Below are positions 14,944-16,039 of a stretch of 16,039 bases of DNA, in pieces. Position numbers and translations under genes: made by a program. The DNA comes from Candidatus Methylomirabilia bacterium (GTDB lineage: Bacteria > Methylomirabilota > Methylomirabilia > Rokubacteriales > CSP1-6). The stretch is from the NCBI GenBank assembly GCA_041492755.1, contig JBGPXN010000099.1, positions 1-16,039 on the forward strand. The letters are read 5' to 3'. Every line of letters begins with the position of its first letter. Positions within the stretch are counted from its first letter, which is position 1. The notes under the pieces are model-generated. The model was given only the letters and a program-made list of their open reading frames with translations, was not told where the DNA came from and searched no databases.

Positions 14944-15046
14944 GCGCCGGAGCTTCCGCCGGCGTCGCATCCTGGGCGCCGGCATCGCGGGCATGACCGC
15001 GGCGTACGAGCTGGGCAAAGCGGGCTATCACTGCACGGTCCTGAGC
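14944..15046 (+). pseudogene. Remnant of a flavin monoamine / L-amino-acid oxidase N-terminal FAD-binding motif
   Basis: 14969-15043 reads ILGAGIAGMTAAYELGKAGYHCTVL (GxGxxG beta-alpha-beta). It is preceded out of frame by APELPPAS, and the expected following EAR is lost. No start codon precedes the motif and the rest of the gene is absent. Confidence 0.75.
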
Positions 15047-15131
15047 GCCACAGGAAGTGAGCATGGCGCCAAAGTGATCGTGGCAGGCCGGCCGTCCCGG
15101 GCGGCGGCCGGCGCGGAGTGAGGAGGACACC

Positions 15132-15881
15132 ATGCGGCTGAGTGACAGAGTCGTGATCGTGACCGGCGGCGCGAAGGGCATCGGGCGCGCGTACTGCCTG
15201 GGCGTCGCGGCGGAGGGTGCGCGCGTCGTGGTGGCGGACGTCGCGGACCCGAAGCCGGTGGTGAAGGAGATCGAGGCGCGCGGGGGGCAGGCGCTCGGCG
15301 TCGAGGGCGATGTCTCCCGCGAGCCGGACACGCAGCGGCTGGCCACCGAAGCGCTCGCTCGCTTCGGGCGCATCGACGTGCTGGTGAACAACGCCGCCGT
15401 GTACGGCACGCTCCAGCGCCGGCCCTTCATGGAGATCCCGGTCGACGAATGGGATCGGGTGATGGCGGTCAACCTGCGCGGCCTCTTCCTGTGCGCACGC
15501 GCCGTGTTCCCGGCCATGAAGGCGCAGGGCAAGGGCAAGATCGTCAACATCTCGTCCAGCACGTTCTTCAAGGGCGTGCCCGACTACATCCACTACACGA
15601 CGTCCAAGGGCGGGGTGGTGGGTTTCACGCGCTCGCTCGCACGGGAACTGGGCGAGTTCGGCATTCGCGTGAACGCGATCGCGCCCGGCTTCACGCTCAG
15701 CGGTGACAACGAGCAGAACATCTCCGAGGACCGCAAGCGCGCGAACGTGCAGATGCGCATGCTCAAGCGCGCCGAGGTCCCCGAGGACCTCGTGGGCACG
15801 CTGGTGTTCCTGGCCTCGGACGACAGTGATTTCATGACCGGGCAGACGCTCCTGGTCGACGGTGGCGGCGCCGTCCATTGA
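15132..15881 (+). CDS. Short-chain dehydrogenase/reductase (FabG-like SDR)
   Basis: TGGAKGIG, LVNNAA, NISS, YTTSKGG, IRVNAIAPG, FMTGQTLLVDGG. RBS GAGGAGG. Confidence 0.95.
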   Translation: MRLSDRVVIVTGGAKGIGRAYCLGVAAEGARVVVADVADPKPVVKEIEARGGQALGVEGDVSREPDTQRLATEALARFGRIDVLVNNAAVYGTLQRRPFMEIPVDEWDRVMAVNLRGLFLCARAVFPAMKAQGKGKIVNISSSTFFKGVPDYIHYTTSKGGVVGFTRSLARELGEFGIRVNAIAPGFTLSGDNEQNISEDRKRANVQMRMLKRAEVPEDLVGTLVFLASDDSDFMTGQTLLVDGGGAVH

Positions 15882-15882
15882 G

Positions 15883-15909
15883 ATGGGGGGCCCCGACATG
15901 GCCCCCCAT
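15883..15909. repeat. Perfect 10-bp hairpin at the head of the repeat array (possible terminator / REP-like element)
   Basis: ATGGGGGGCC-ccgacat-GGCCCCCCAT begins 1 nt after the SDR stop. No U-tract follows. Confidence 0.7.
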
Positions 15910-15910
15910 A

Positions 15911-16039
15911 CCCCCCAGCGCTCGGGGCGCCCCGGCAAAGCCGTGGACCCCTCGACACCCCCCAGCGCTCGGGGCGCCCCGGCAAAGCCGTGGCACCCCT
16001 CGACACCCCCCCAGCGCTCGGGGCGCCCCGGCAAAGCCG
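15911..16039. repeat. Tandem array of 47-48 bp palindromic (REP-like) units, truncated by the window edge
   Basis: Units at 15911-15957, 15958-16005 and 16006-16039 (partial). Consensus C6-7 AGCGCTCGGGGCGCCCCGGCAAAGCCGTGG(C)ACCCCTCGACA. Confidence 0.9.

Noticed and set aside
1562..16034. Long overlapping or antisense ORFs (e.g. 1562-3082, 1737-3002, 3321-4838, 5468-6784, 6775-8598, 9172-10179, 11133-12923, 14418-16034)
   Set aside because: These are Arg/Ala/Pro-rich or mirror-frame shadows of well-supported genes, expected in high-GC DNA, and carry no motifs.
15911..16039. Possible CRISPR array
   Set aside because: Units are head-to-tail and nearly identical over their whole length, with no unique spacers and no cas genes in the window.

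Overview
GC-rich bacterial window that is mostly a catabolic/redox accessory region. From left to right: (1) a soxC-type sulfite oxidase-family gene that runs out of frame into only the 3' end of a soxD-type cytochrome c, suggesting a deletion scar; (2) a YacP-like NYN nuclease and a hypothetical gene on the minus strand; (3) a mandelate racemase/MLE-family enolase; (4) a small lipoprotein; (5) a translationally coupled acyl-CoA ligase / hydantoinase-oxoprolinase A / hydantoinase-oxoprolinase B operon, followed by an SDR; (6) a minus-strand run of alpha/beta hydrolase, Rieske oxygenase alpha subunit, Prx5-type peroxiredoxin and rhodanese; (7) a divergent THT-oxygenase-like extradiol dioxygenase and a second SDR; (8) a tandem palindromic repeat array running off the right edge. 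The most unusual points are an extra C-terminal double-psi beta-barrel-like domain on the hydantoinase B subunit, an Arg in place of the A10 catalytic Lys of the CoA ligase, a CTAG-bounded MITE-like inverted repeat, and several intergenic gaps that hold recognisable remnants of deleted genes. Gene content and repeat style suggest Candidatus Rokubacteria (Methylomirabilota), but this is inference from recall. All family calls come from motif reading, not database searches.
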